64,000 nt of DNA from an uncultured Planctomycetota bacterium. Its GTDB lineage: Bacteria > Planctomycetota > Planctomycetia > Isosphaerales > Isosphaeraceae. The notes below the pieces were generated by a model. It made no database searches. It was not told where the DNA came from and saw only the letters and a program-made list of their open reading frames with translations. Position numbers and translations under genes: made by a program. Within the stretch, counting starts at the first letter, position 1; the number at the start of each line of letters is the position of its first letter. Below are positions 10,886 through 23,093 of the stretch, in pieces. The stretch covers positions 53,407-117,406 of the forward strand of contig CAVWUA010000012.1 in assembly GCA_963758025.1 (NCBI GenBank), given 5' to 3'.

Positions 10886-13800
10886 TCACCATCCCAGCCC
10901 CAGCCGCGTCAATTCCTGGCCGAGGCGATCGAGATCCCAGACCTCGACGGTCTTGTCCTCGCCGCCGATGGCCAGGTGCTGGCCGTCCCGGGCGTAGGCG
11001 ATGGCGAAGACGGCGCCCCGAGGGCCGGGAAGGTGGGTCGGCAGGAGAGCCGTGTCGGATTCCGGGTCCTCCGGTTCCGATTGTGTCGGATCGAGCGGCC
11101 AGAGGTACACGGAACCTTGCTTGGAACCGACGGCCAGGGTGTGGCCGTCGGGGGCGTAGTTCAGGGCGGTGACCGGACCATCGGTGTTGTTGGGGGCGGG
11201 GAGCCGCTTTCGAAGCGTGCCGCGATAGGCGTCCACCAGGTCCACGTCTCCCGCGCCGGCCCAGGGCGAGCGTCAGGCCGTCGGGGCTGAGGGCCAGAGT
11301 GGTGACCATGTGATCCAGTCCGGGGGCAGTCCGCCAGGGGAGCCGCCGGGCGGTGTCCTCCTGAACGGCCCAGACCTGAACCTGCGGCTGAGGCTCTTCC
11401 TCGTAGCGGTGCAGGTAGAGCCGGTCGCCCGAGGGAGAAGCCAGCACCTTGCTCCAGGGCCTCCCGTCGCGACGGCCCCGGAGCCGGTTCCACGCGAGGG
11501 GCTCCTCGAACTTCAGCCGTTGGAGGCGGTCCGGGTTGTCGTCGGCATGCCAGACAAAGATCTCGTTGTAGCGGGTCAGAAAGAGCGTGTGACCATCGCG
11601 GGCCGTCGTGATCGACTGGAATCGCCGGGCCAGCTCCGAAGGCATGCGGCCACGACCGAGACCACCCCCGTCCAGCGGCAGCTCGATCGGAGCCCCCTCG
11701 GCTTGCCCTTCCGGGTTGGGCAGCCATTGAAGGCTGTCGCCGAAGGCGGCCAGACGGCCCTGGTCGTCGAAGGCCAGCGCGGTCGGCGCGACGTCGTCAC
11801 GGACGTGGATCGTGGTCGCGCACTGTTCCGGGTTCCAGACCCGTACCGGCTCGTTCCCAAAGGCCATGCCCAGCAGCCCATCCGGCCCGAAGGCCAGCGA
11901 GGACGGCGGGTGCTCGAACCCGCTGAAGCGCACGCGCACGACCGGATCGACGATCGCCCAGAGGGCCACGGAGTCGGGCTGGCCGGCGACCAGGGTCAGG
12001 GTCCTCCCGGAGGCGCTGAGGGCCAGATCCGTGACCCATTTCTCCGTGTGCAGGGCGGCGACCAGCGTATTGGAGGCGGGTTCCCAGAGTTCCACGTCGG
12101 ACCCCCGACCCGCCAGGGCCAGGAGCGAGCCATCAGGGCTGAACTTCAACAGGTGGACGTAATTCTGGTTCGGTGTGAGGATCGGCAGCGGGGCCCGTGT
12201 CTCGGTCTGCCAGAGCCGTACCGCGCCGCCGCCGGCCGCGGCCAGCAGGCCATAAGGCCCCAGGGTCAGGGCGGTCAGGGACGCCGACTGCGTGTCAATC
12301 TCCCCCTTGGTCGCGCCGTCCTCGGCCGACCAGAGCTGCACCAGCGATCCACGGAACCAGGACGTGGCGATCGTCTGGCCGTCGGGCGAGATGGCGATGA
12401 TCGGATGGGTCGGCCCCGTCAGGTCCTCGGGGATTGACTCGACGAGCGAGGCGATCGGTCCGTCCTCGCGGGTGGGGTCCCACAGGCTGATCCGTACGTC
12501 GCGCTCGATGCGACGGCGGTCGTCGGGATCGTGGTCGCGTGGCTCGCGCTCGCCGGGGCGCAGGCGATCGAATGTTACCAGGCGAGGGCCGAAGGGGCCC
12601 GAGGCGGCGACGAGGCTCATTACCTCGCGGCCCGGCGTCGGCAGATCGACCCAGGCCAGGTCCGAGGTTGAGGCGTCGAACAGGCGGATGCCGTGGCCAT
12701 CGGGCCAGAGGACGGCCAGGAGCGGCCCGGCCGCCGCGATCCGGTTGCCGCCGAAACCGCCGAAGCCACGGCCGTCCCGGCTCATGTTGTCGCTCGGTCC
12801 GATCTCCACGGCCGCGCCGAAGCGACGGCGCTGCGATGGAGTCCAGAGCGACAGCATCGTCGGGGCGTCCGGGCCGGCCGAGGAGAGGGTGGCGAGGTGA
12901 TCGTTCACCGGTGAGAAGGTCAGGCCCCAGGGGGCACCGACGGGCAGCGGCTTGCGCTCCTCGACATCGCGCAGGGCGAGGATCGCGATGGCTTCGTCTC
13001 GCAGTTCCGTCCGCAAAGGGGGCTCCGGCTCCATGCCGGCGGCTTGCTTCAGCAGGTTTAGCCCCTTGTTGCGACGGTTCAGCAGGGTCGAGGTGCGCGT
13101 CAGGGAGGCCTGGCTGAGCAACTGCCGGCGGATCGCCTCGTTGGCCTTGCGGTTGGCCTCCTCGGCCTTGATCAAGGCGTTCTTCGTCTCGACGACCTCC
13201 TGCGAGACCCGCCAGTAGGCGACCGAGGCCACCGTCAGCACGACGATCGCCGCGGTGGTCGAGACGGCGGCGATGGCCGGGTGCCGCCGCGCCAGCCGCC
13301 AGGTCCGGCCCAGCGGGCCGATCCGCCGCGCCTTGACCGGCTCGTGGAGGAGGAACCGCTGGAGGTCCTCGGCCAGCTCGGCGGCGGACTGGTAGCGGTC
13401 GGCCGGGCGCTTCGACAGCGCCTTCAGGACGATCGTCTCCAGGTCGCGGGGAATCCGCGCATCGTGCCGCCGCGGCGGGATCGGTTCTTGCTGGCTGATC
13501 TGCTCGATCAACTCGGCGGTCGTGCGCCCCTCGAATGGCGGGCGCAGGGTCAGCAGCTCGTAGAGGGTCGCCCCCAGGCTGTACACGTCGGTGCGGCCAT
13601 CGACCGGGCCGGACCGGCCCTGCTCGGGGCTCATGTAACGCGGTGTGCCCAGCAGGCTGTCGGAGTGCGTCAGGCTCGGGTCGGCCAGGCGTCGGGCCAG
13701 GCCGAAGTCGGCCACCCAGACGGTCCCTCGGGCATCGACCAGCAGGTTTGACGGCTTGACGTCGCGGTGGACCACCCCGCGCCGGTGAGCATGGGCCAGC

Positions 13801-14590
13801 GCCTGCGCGGCCTGGCGGCCCGCCTCGGCGACCCAGCGGAAATAGGCCGATCCGCGCGGCGGCTCGAACGTCGGCGGAGCGTCGTCCTGGCGGTTGGAGC
13901 CGCGCAGAACGTCTGTCCGCTTGCCGAGCGAGCCCCACGATCCGGTCAACGCCTCGGGTGCCAGGCCCGAGAGTTCCAGGTCCTCCGCCGTCCGCGTGAC
14001 CGGCGTGCCGCTGCCCGAGCCGGCGGCCGTCGAGCGCCCGCGCCGCAGGACCTTCAGCACGCGGTCCAGCCCGCTCCCCTCGATTCGCTGCATCGCGTAG
14101 TAGCAGAGCCCGCCGACGTGCCCGACGTCAAAGACCGGGACGATGTGCGTGTGGTGCAGGCCCGCGGCGGTCTTCGCCTCGTTGAGGAAACGCCGCAGGC
14201 CGTTGCCGTCGCGGGTGGCCCGGGCGTCGAGCACCTTCAGCGCGACGGGCCGATCCAGATCGACGTGAACCGCTTCATAGACGACCCCCATGCCGCCGGA
14301 ACCCAGCTCGCCGACGATCCGATATCCGGCCAGCCGGCGGCCCGCCTCCAGCCGCTGTCCCCCCGCGCGCCGACCAGTCCGCGCACCAGCGATAGACCCT
14401 CCAGGGCCTCGACCAGGTCCTCGCCCAGGTCAGGATAACGCGCGGCGAACTGCTCGGGATCGGGCGGAGTGCCCGACTCCGACAGCGCCAGGTACTCCTC
14501 CACGGCCTCGCCCAGCCGCTCGTCGCGGTCGGTCTGTTCCAGTTCGATGGGGTTCATAAGTTTTCGCGTCGCCACGTGAGGAATCGGCAA
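10886..14590 (-). CDS. Serine/threonine protein kinase with C-terminal WD40/beta-propeller repeats; at least 3 frameshifts (~14360 in a G/C homopolymer, and ~11250-11400)
   Basis: The N-terminal ORF (14590..14237) reads LGEAVEEYLAL...LVRGLVGARG. The kinase Gly-loop GYRIVGELGSGGMGVVYEA lies in an adjacent frame upstream of the 10818..14291 ORF. That ORF carries HRDVKPSNLLVD...DFGLAR and PRYMSPEQ. WD-like repeats continue in a third frame (ORF 10886..11245: NYAPDGHTLAVGSKQGSVYLWPLD...). Confidence 0.7.
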
Positions 14591-14639
14591 CAGCAGCAGG
14601 TATGAATGATAGGAGCAGACGATTCGTTTACGATTCCGC

Positions 14640-15272
14640 TTATTTCGGGTCCAGAGTTTTACGGAGTCCTTTCAGCCCGCGTGCCCAGAGGCCACGGACC
14701 GCCTTGCGGCCGATACCCAGGCGCTCGCCGATGGCCTCGAAGGAGAGGTTCTCGGCGTGGTAAAGCCAGAGGACTTCGGCCTCGGCCTCCTCCAGGTCCG
14801 ACAGGGCGTCGGCCAGCAGGACGGTCAGCTCGCGCTTGCTGGCGGCCTCGCTCGGGCTGGTCTGGCTCAGGGCGAGCACGTCGAGCAACTTGCCCCCGCC
14901 GCCGCTCTGGGGCGAGGTCGCGGTGTTGTTCTCCCAGGGGGCGTCCAGCGGCAAGGCCGAGACGCCGCCCGCCCGCTTGGCCCGGCTGTGGTAGCGGCCC
15001 AGGTCCGCCAGTTTCTGCGCGACCAGCCGGCGAAGCCAGCCGACCAGCGCCGCCTCGTTCTGCCCGGTGAACTGCGGGAACTGCCGCACGACCTCCACCA
15101 GGGCCTCCTGCACCACGTCCGACAACTCCACACGCTCGCGCAGTTTCGGGCCGAGCCCGGTGCGGACGACCATGCGGAGATAGTTGCGGTACAAGGCGCA
15201 TAATTCCCCCAGCGCGTCGCTCTCTCCGGCGCGAGCCCTGGCCATGAGATCCATCGGTCCCGCGCCCATCAA
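14640..15272 (-). CDS. ECF-type RNA polymerase sigma-70 factor, co-oriented immediately upstream of the Ser/Thr kinase
   Basis: Region 2 is LGELCALYRNYLRMVVRTG...DVVQEALVEVVRQF. Region 4 is EAEAEVLWLYHAENLSFEAIGERLGIGRKAVRGLWARGLKGLRKTL. There are 49 bp to the kinase start. Confidence 0.75.
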   Translation of the reverse strand: MMGAGPMDLMARARAGESDALGELCALYRNYLRMVVRTGLGPKLRERVELSDVVQEALVEVVRQFPQFTGQNEAALVGWLRRLVAQKLADLGRYHSRAKRAGGVSALPLDAPWENNTATSPQSGGGGKLLDVLALSQTSPSEAASKRELTVLLADALSDLEEAEAEVLWLYHAENLSFEAIGERLGIGRKAVRGLWARGLKGLRKTLDPK

Positions 15273-15322
15273 TCACAGTCTCCGGGCCATCGGACGGCGC
15301 GCGCCCGATACAAACCTATAGC

Positions 15323-15348
15323 GTCAAGTCCATTCATCTGGTTCCTCC
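15323..15348 (-). promoter_or_regulatory. Candidate ECF-type promoter (GGAACC-N17-CGCT) upstream of the sigma factor gene
   Basis: The minus-strand sequence is GGAACCagatgaatggacttgaCGCTat. It resembles the AAC(-35)/CGT(-10) ECF architecture, about 50-75 nt upstream of the start. Confidence 0.2.
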
Positions 15349-15605
15349 CTCTTCATGATCGGCCCCCGGGCCGCCCCCGGCAAGGGGTTTTACTCCGCGC
15401 AGCGAAACGCCCCTCTGGCCGAGGGGCGTGAGGGAACCACGCGAGCTGATTCATACGACCGATTTCAGATTCTCACCCGCCGCCACATGGTCGTGTGGTT
15501 CTCGATTTGGGGAGAACGGGACTCGGGAACGAGGGACCGAGAATTATACGCATTGCGTTGACTCCCAGTCTCAGGACACGTTAGCCGTGTCCGGCCCATC
15601 CCGCT

Positions 15606-18600
15606 TCAGTGATTCGCTTCCGATTGGCCGTTCGTCAGGAGATCCTTCGGCGTGTGAGGTTGTTTGGCCAGATCCTCCAAGATATCGAGTTGCTTGTTGA
15701 GAACATCAATTTGTTCTCTTTGCTCCTCTCTCCAATCCGTTTCGGCCGCCAACCGACACTGCCGACGGGCCAGTTCGATCCATGTGGAGGCTCGATGAGC
15801 GATATCCTCCGCGGCACGCGCGGCGTAGGCGCGGGCCAGGAAGAAGGAGCCCTCGGCGTCGGGAATCTGCTCCAGGGCCTGCTGGAATCGGTTGATGGCC
15901 TTCCCGGCGCGGCCTGCGTTGAGGTCGATCAGCCCGAGTATGAGATCCCTCTGAGCTTTGTAGGTAGAAAGGCATTTCTGGTCGGCCCCAGGCATCAAGT
16001 CCTCGGCGCGGCGGATCAACCTCTTGGCCTGGGTCGAGCCGATCTCGCGCAAGACCAGGCCAAAGGCCCGCCAGTTCAAGACGAAGATTAACTCATGTTG
16101 GACTCGGACCGGGTGGGGCATGACGACAGTATCCGGCGATCCATTGACCGTCTGAGCACTGTCGGCCGGATCGGGCGTGACAATGGCTTTCAGCAACCTT
16201 TCGGCCTGCTCGGCGGCCTTACGGAACGTCTCGTCGGCTTCCTCGTACGCCCTGGCCCGGAGGAATGCCATGCCCAGCCGACGGCGCGATTCGATGGCCT
16301 CAAGCGCCCCATCTTCGTCGCATTCGCTGTAGGCTGCGGCGATTTTCAGATGATAGCTGGCCTGATCGTACTTTCTCTGGTTGCGATACAGGGTGCCCAA
16401 TCGGATATGGGCCTTGCTGCGGGCGCGGATCTGCTTCAGCCGACCGGCGGGGTCCAGGGGCAGGCTACGGCCCTCCATCGTCGCGATCGCGCGGAGCAGC
16501 ACGGTGATGGCGCGGTCGAGGTGCTGTTGATAGATCTCGGGGCTATGCGAGCCAATCACTTGACTCTGATAAATGTCAGCGATCCGGAGCAAGGCCTCTT
16601 CTCCCGGCTCAAAGCTGAGTGCCGCCTCATGCTCCGCCAAGGCCCAGTCGTGCGACCCCAATCCCGACAGGATTTCACCCAGCATGGATCGCTCGGCGCA
16701 GCTCTCAGGCTTGAGCGCAACGGCACGCTCAGCGTGGGCGAGAGCCTTATCGTACTTCGATTGCAGGAAATACGCTTTCGCGAGGAGTCGGTGGAGCCCG
16801 TCCTCCCGGATCTGCCGGCTATGATTCTCCTCCAGGTCAGCGATCGCCTCCTCTAGAAGCATTGCTGCACGCTCGGCCCGTGCCCTGGAGCCGTCCGCCG
16901 CTGGTTCATCGTCGAGAAGCAGCTTGGCCGCCCGGATGGCGAACTGGGCACGGAGCCAAGGCGCCCAGCAATACTGCTGCCGAGACTTTTCGAGCCGCTC
17001 CAGGTAATCCCGAGCATCCTCATCAGCGGATATTCCGCGCTCGCAACGGATGAGAACCTCGTGCATCAGGTGGGCGAGGTGGAACTTGCGTCTCCATCGC
17101 CGCAATTCCTCCTTCTGCTCGTTGTTGAGCGACCGAGCGCCGCTGCAGCCCGTCGATGAGTGTCTCCCACGCCTGGCGGACATCATCCCAGGCGGCGGAG
17201 CCGGCCGGGGAGCGGAATGCGGCCGGAGCGTACTCTGTGGCGCGGAGGCAGGTAGCGGCCGCCTCGCGTCCGAGGCGCAGTTGCCTGTCCAATGACCGCG
17301 TTTTTCGCATCTGCTCGGCACAGGCGCGGGCCAGGAGGGCCCAGGTCGTCTCGCGCGGGTCGATCGCCAGGGCTTGCTCCAGCGAGGCCCGCGCCGCGTC
17401 GGCCCGGTCCAGTTTCAGATAAATTCTGCCCTGCTCGACGAGCACCTCGGCGCCGGCTGGTTCCAGGCGGGCCGCCTGGCGGATTAGCCGCGCCGCGCGG
17501 TGCGGTTCGCCGGCCTCACGATGGGCGATGGCGAGATCTCTTAGGGTGGTGCGCGCGACCTCGATGACCTTGTCTCGCAGGGTGTTGTGAGTCACTTCGC
17601 CGATTCGAGACTGATTGTCCTTGCCGGACAGGGCAGAGTGGCACAGTTCGCGCCAGGCCAGAGCCACGGCAATTTCGCGACTCTTCCGCGACGCTCTGGT
17701 TTGCTCAGAGGAACCGAGGCGTCCTAACGACAGGCCCCGCAAGTTCCAAGACAATGGGTCGGTGGGCTTGAGCCTCAGCGCCTGATTGCATAGGCGTACG
17801 ACCTCAGCGTGATCGTCCGCTTTATAGCACATCGTCGCCAGGGCATAATACGTCCGAGTCAGGCTCGCCCGTCGCTGCACGGTCTGGGGAATATTCTCCT
17901 GAACAGCCCGACGGAAGGCGGTCAACGCCGCCTCGGTCCGCCCCAGGTCGCGGTAAATGATCGCCAGGTTGTAGTGCGTCTGCGCGAACTTCGCGTCCTC
18001 ACCCAGAGCCCGGACGAAGGCCCGCTCCGAGGCGATCAGGTTTGGGTCGCGATCTCTGGGGGTCAGCAGTGTCTCGCGATAGATCCTCAGGCCCTCGGTG
18101 AAGTACCGCACGGCCTGCCATCGGGGCGAACCGATCTTGATCTGCTCGGTGACCAGTCGGAGGGCGAGTTCCCCGATGAGTCCGTCCAGGGCAAGGTCCG
18201 ATGTCCCCAGGACGCCGTCTCTGTCGCCTCTACCACCCGCCAGGATTTCGCCGGTCGTTCTCCAGTGGCCCATTAATCCGCAGCCACTGAGCGTGGAAAT
18301 CAGGACGAACCGGTCGCTCTCGCGATGGATGCCGCCAGCCAGCCGGGGCCGTGGGATCAGCCGTCCGAACAGGCCCAGCAACTTGTCGAGCGAAACCTGC
18401 ACTGGACCGAGAGCGATTTTATTGGCCTCAATCGCTTCTAATAATGCCTCTCCGGTGACTCCGACGCCAATGGTCGCATCCAGCGGACCCGCCTTATCAC
18501 CGTCGGGTGACGCTTCGTCGATGACCCGGAACAGGTCGGTCAGCCGGGTGATCTCGTGCAGCAGGCGCTCGGCTAATCCCTGGACCTGCGGGTCCAGTTC

Positions 18601-19362
18601 CTTGATCCCGGTATGATTGACGAAGCTCTCGATGACGATCTGCCGCCGCACCCGCAGGATTCGATCGGCCGAGGCAATTAGCAGACCTGCGGCCAGGACC
18701 TGGAGCGCTGTCGTGGAGGTTAACAGGGTTGACGCCGATTTGGCCGGCGTGCCGGCCGGGCGGGTCCATTCGTCGTAGATGAGCCAGCCGGACCACAGAA
18801 GAACCGCGGCGACAGCGAACGGCACGAACAGTTGCCGCCAACTCGTGGAGAGCCACCGTCGCGCCAACCCGAAATTGCGGGCTATCCAGTACGCCAGGAT
18901 CCGGAACCGGACACTGAACCACGCTGGGAACAACAACCACAGGGCCAGCAACAGTGTCGGCACGCCCATCAGCGCCAGGGCCACCGGCAATCTCAGGAGT
19001 TCCGCCGTCTGTGGGAATCGCGGGGCAACCAATAGGGCCGCGCCGCTCAGGACGAGGATGCCTCCTGCCGGTAAGGCACACATCCCGATCCGTTCCCGGA
19101 ACCAGGCCAAGTTAAATCGCCACAGGATAGGGACCATAATGACGAGCAGAAGGCCCAGCGATACCACAGCCCAGCCGACGCCTAATAGCCACTCCCGGCG
19201 CATGTGGGTCAGCGGTCCAGTCACTGCCAGGGCGGCTCCCATCACGACCGCGATCCCGACCGCAAAGCGACTTTCCCGAAGAACTTGATTGTATAGAAGC
19301 GCCTGCCGGCAGAGTCTCGGTATTCGGTCGAAATTGCTCATGACCGCCTCCGGCCGGTTCAA
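15606..19362 (-). CDS. Polytopic membrane protein with large TPR-repeat domain; frameshift near 17125-17140
   Basis: The ORF at 17023..19362 has multiple TM helices at the N-terminus followed by TPR-like repeats. The ORF at 15606..17321 is TPR-rich (AYFLQSKYDKALAHAERAVALKP...). The junction switches from ...IDGLQRRS to LNNEQKEELRRWRRKF between frames. Confidence 0.6.
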
Positions 19363-19543
19363 GCATTCGGTGCCGAGTGATCCTCCACATGCAAAACTGG
19401 AATTAGGATACCCTCACCGCCAGTCTCTGCCTACAAATTCATGATTTTTATCCACCCAGCCATGCTTAGATATATGGCCGCTAGCAAAGAGACGATGATA
19501 GGAGAAGTGTTCCTCCCACATAACGATTAAAACCTATCTCGCG

Positions 19544-19584
19544 CAAAGAAAAGCCCCTCCCTACGTCAGACGTCGGGAGGGGCT
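19544..19584 (-). terminator. Intrinsic terminator (10-bp perfect stem agcccctccc/gggaggggct plus U-tract on the minus strand) 30 nt after the PEP-CTERM gene stop
   Basis: Read on the minus strand: AGCCCCTCCCgacgtctgacgtaGGGAGGGGCTTTTCTTTG. Confidence 0.6.
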
Positions 19585-19614
19585 GAGGGAGTTGCCGATC
19601 GTGCGGTCTGAGGG

Positions 19615-20271
19615 TCAGGCCGCGCGGCGGCGGTACTTGTGTCGCAGGCCCAGGCCGGCGATGGCCGCGAGGAAGACGGCGATGGACGTCGGCTCGGGGA
19701 TCGGCGAGGCCTCGGCGACGAGCTTCCCTTGCGCCGAGTTCTTGCCGCCGTTGGTCGTCGAGGGGGCCAGCCAGACGGCGTTGGGCACCGTCAGGGTGTT
19801 CAGGAAGTCCCCGGTGCGGAAGACGGTCTTGTCGATCGGTTCAAACGTCGCGGTGACGCTCGAATAGTTCGACCCGGTGACGACGCCGTTGAGCACGCCG
19901 GTCAGCGTGATCGGCGTCTCGTTGACCGAGGGGGTCTCGTCGTTAACCTGCTGGGAGATGTAGGTGATCGAGAACGGCGTATCGGTGTACACCGTGCTCA
20001 CACCGGCCGGCAGGGCGCCGACGAGGAACTCGCCCAGGCTGAAGTTCGCCGGGGGATCGTCCGGGCCGTTCGCCTGGAACGAGCCGACGCCGACGCTGCT
20101 GAAGCTGATGACGTTCGCACCGGCGATGCCCGTCGTACCGATCGAGCCCGAGGTGCTGTACTGGTTGTTGCTGGTCATCGTCGCTGCCGAGGCGCTGGAG
20201 GCCCCCGCCAGACCGACCGCCAGAACACAGGCCGCCAGCCGCAGCCCGGTCCACCCACAAGTGTTACGCAT
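19615..20271 (-). CDS. PEP-CTERM sorting-domain protein (secreted; exosortase substrate)
   Basis: Signal peptide MRNTCGWTGLRLAACVLAVGLAGASSASA. C-terminus PIPEPTSIAVFLAAIAGLGLRHKYRRRAA (PEP motif, TM helix, Arg-rich tail). Confidence 0.8.
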   Translation of the reverse strand: MRNTCGWTGLRLAACVLAVGLAGASSASAATMTSNNQYSTSGSIGTTGIAGANVISFSSVGVGSFQANGPDDPPANFSLGEFLVGALPAGVSTVYTDTPFSITYISQQVNDETPSVNETPITLTGVLNGVVTGSNYSSVTATFEPIDKTVFRTGDFLNTLTVPNAVWLAPSTTNGGKNSAQGKLVAEASPIPEPTSIAVFLAAIAGLGLRHKYRRRAA

Positions 20272-20878
20272 CCGTTCCTCCTGATTGGTGACGTGAATCA
20301 CGCTTTGGCTTTCGTGACGAGAAATGTTCGGACCGGGCCACCATCTCACGTGACGGCGCGCCTCGGCCGTCCCGGCACTGCTGGCCCAAGGGTCGCGTCC
20401 TCGCCTGCACGACGACAAAACGACCCGAGCCAGTTCGGGCCTCGCGACGGTTCCGAACCGCCGCCAAAGGCCCCACTGTCAGGGCGTGGTGTGTGGCCAA
20501 AGCGATGCAAGTTCAAGCCGTGGCGTTCCTCCCCCACGCGAGGGCACGTGCCCAGGCAGTCCAGGGGATTCCGTCTCGTGGTCCGCAATACACGGTGGTT
20601 TCGAGAGGCCGACACGTGCGCGAAAGGATCAGGCGACGGGATGCGAACCGATGGGTGATCGTCAGCGGTCTGGCTCAAATGGCCCGGCCTCCCTGCCTGG
20701 CTTCGTTCGCGTGCTCGGCCTCGTCGGTCCGCGTGTTGTGAACCTTGAGGCGAAATCGAACGGGCGGGAGAATAATCCAACGGCCGTCCGGTGTCCACCT
20801 CAAGTTCGGGATTTTTTGGCGATTTGACTAAAGTTTCCCGAAACGTGAGCCGATGTGCCCGCGTGAACACCCCGTTCG

Positions 20879-21538
20879 TCACTCGTCCGGGTTGAGACCC
20901 TCATAAACGTCCGTGTCCGGGTGTTGGGTTTTCCACTCACCCCAGGTCGTTCGCGTCGAGGGAAACTCGGCGTAGGGGAAGGGAACGGCGGGATGGTCCT
21001 TGTCCGTCTCGATGAGTTCCCCGGTTTCCTGGAGATAGCCCGCGTGCCCGATCCGAAGGACCATCCGCTGATCCATCAGGCCCCCTTGCGCGATGTCCAG
21101 CGGCGTCTGGTGATCCCCGCCGCCGAACGCGCGGACGCAATCGGCGATGTCGCAATACGTCACGGTCACGGCCACACCGTCCACGACGTCGTTGACGACG
21201 TGGTCCGTGAATCCGCGCATGGCCCTCAGGCGATAGGCGCGGCTTTTTCCGCCGACTTCGATTCCGATCACTGGCTCATCGTCGGCCAGCGTCGCCTCCG
21301 CGGCCGTCAGCGTGGGGGGTGTCGGAATCCCCTCGAAAAATTCGACGACGCGGCGGACTTCCGGGAGCGGTTCGATCACTTCGCTCTTCCGGGACCAATC
21401 GCGCAACATCGCCGTCTCGGCCCAGTAGAACGCTCCCAATCCGAGCGGCGCGATGAGTGCGAATCCGGCCACGATGATGATGCACACGCGCTTCAGCGGC
21501 GATCGTCGGGTGCTGAGTAACTGGCCGACGGACAGCAT
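20879..21538 (-). CDS. DUF3179-family protein (membrane-anchored)
   Basis: N-terminal TM helix. The conserved block is IGIEVGGKSRAYRL...VNDVVDGVAVTVTYCDIADCVRAF...MDQRMVLRIGHAGY, matching the DUF3179 pattern (AYP...VTYCPLC...). Confidence 0.55.
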   Translation of the reverse strand: MLSVGQLLSTRRSPLKRVCIIIVAGFALIAPLGLGAFYWAETAMLRDWSRKSEVIEPLPEVRRVVEFFEGIPTPPTLTAAEATLADDEPVIGIEVGGKSRAYRLRAMRGFTDHVVNDVVDGVAVTVTYCDIADCVRAFGGGDHQTPLDIAQGGLMDQRMVLRIGHAGYLQETGELIETDKDHPAVPFPYAEFPSTRTTWGEWKTQHPDTDVYEGLNPDE

Positions 21539-21682
21539 GAACAGCCTCCGGAATCAGTGCCAGAGAATCAAATACGAAAAGACGCGCCCCAGCAATGATC
21601 CGGGCGCGCCAGGTGAGGGTGCCCGCCGGATCGCGTCCCGCGCGGGACGGTCCTCGGCGGGGTTCGTGCGTGGTGGTTGACC

Positions 21683-22727
21683 TCAATACTGGTCGCTGGA
21701 AATCGTCTCGCCGGTCGCCCTGGTGCCGAGGGCCCACCAGGTCGGGAACGCGATCGTGCTCTTGATGAAGTGGACGCTACCGTCCGCCATGGCGACGTTG
21801 CAGCCGCCGGAGTGGTTGCTGGTGGCGTTCGTGTAGTGGTCGTGGATGGCGTTGACGCAGCAATCCATCCGGCAGGCGCCCCACTTCAACGTCCCGGCGC
21901 CGTTGGGTGGCACGACGGTGTTGAACAGGGAGGCGCCGATCGATCCCCAGCCCCAACGGGTGCCTCGACCACCGGTCACCATGCCCGACATGTACCACCC
22001 GGTGCAGGTCTGGAGGTCCTGCTTCACCTGAGGAAGCATGCTGGCAACCAGCACGTACTGGTTCACGGCCTGACCGCCGCCGGCGGCATTGCCGGTCGAG
22101 TTCCCCATCTTCAGAATGGCGTTACTCTCTTCGCCAACAAGCGCCTCGGAGAACGCGATGGTGGACGAGGTGCCGTCGGTGATGTCGGCGATCGAGTAAC
22201 ACGTCTGGTAGGCGAAGACCCCGCTCGTCCTCTGATTGACGTTGTACGTGGTCGCGCCCATGCTGGCGCAGTAGCTGTTGATGTTCACCTTACCCGCGTT
22301 GCCATCGGACGGGCAGAGGAAGCTGTTGATCCGGGTGTTGTAGGCCGTGGCGTTGGCCTTCGCGGCATACGCCGTGCCCCCACTACGTGATCCGGGGCCC
22401 CAATTGAAATTGATGGCGTTATAGATCGGATTCTGCTCCAGGTAAGGGAGCAGCAAGGACTGCGCACTCCAGACCGACCAGCCGTCTCCGGATTGTCCAA
22501 TGTCCCAGGGTTGCTGGGACGCTCCCATCGGGAACGTGTCAATGGCCGAGTGGTAGTTGTGCAGCGCCAGCCCGATTTGCTTGAGATTGTTCGTGCACTG
22601 CGATCGCCGGGCGGCCTCGCGCGGCCTGAACGGCCGGCAGAAGCAGGGCGATCAGCACACCGATGATGGCGATCACCACCAGAAGCTCGATCAGGGTGAA
22701 ACCCCGACTCGATTCTCGCTTGCTCAT
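21683..22727 (-). CDS. DUF1559 / H-X9-DG prepilin-type N-terminal cleavage-methylation domain protein; frameshift near 22600 in a GCGCGC repeat
   Basis: The N-terminal ORF reads [37 protein letters not shown]. The canonical continuation [29 protein letters not shown] lies in the adjacent frame upstream of the 21683..22528 ORF. The C-terminus has HFIKSTI...GETISSDQY. Confidence 0.75.
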
Positions 22728-22880
22728 GATTTACCTCGGAAAAATGTTAATTCGAACGTGTCGGCCGGATGAATACGGAATCAGCCAGATTCCCCCGTTG
22801 GCTGAAAAACCGCAAACATGCTTCACGATCGCGGCCGTTATCATGACCTGGCCTCGCCTGGGCCGGTTTCCGACCTGGAC

Positions 22881-23093
22881 TCATTGCTGCTTCGAGGCGC
22901 CTGGAGGATTGTTTTCATAAAATTTCGTCATGTCGTCCACCTGCTGTTTAATCTCCGGGGATTCCTCGGTCACGACGGTCCCCGTCTCCTCTGAACCACC
23001 TCCGCAACCCACGAGAAGCATGGATGCGACGAGGACGAAGGCACCATTGAGGAACGTGCGCCGGATGATCCCTGAACCGAGACTGCTCATCAT
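22881..23093 (-). CDS. Small lipoprotein (70 aa)
   Basis: MMSSLGSGIIRRTFLNGAFVLVASMLLVGCGGGSEE is a signal peptide with lipobox. It lies downstream of the DUF1559 gene. Confidence 0.45.
   Translation of the reverse strand: MMSSLGSGIIRRTFLNGAFVLVASMLLVGCGGGSEETGTVVTEESPEIKQQVDDMTKFYENNPPGASKQQ

Noticed and set aside
15573-15591. Hairpin ggacacg...cgtgtcc after the TPR gene stop as a terminator
   Set aside because: Short 7-bp stem with no U-tract on the relevant strand; too weak to call.
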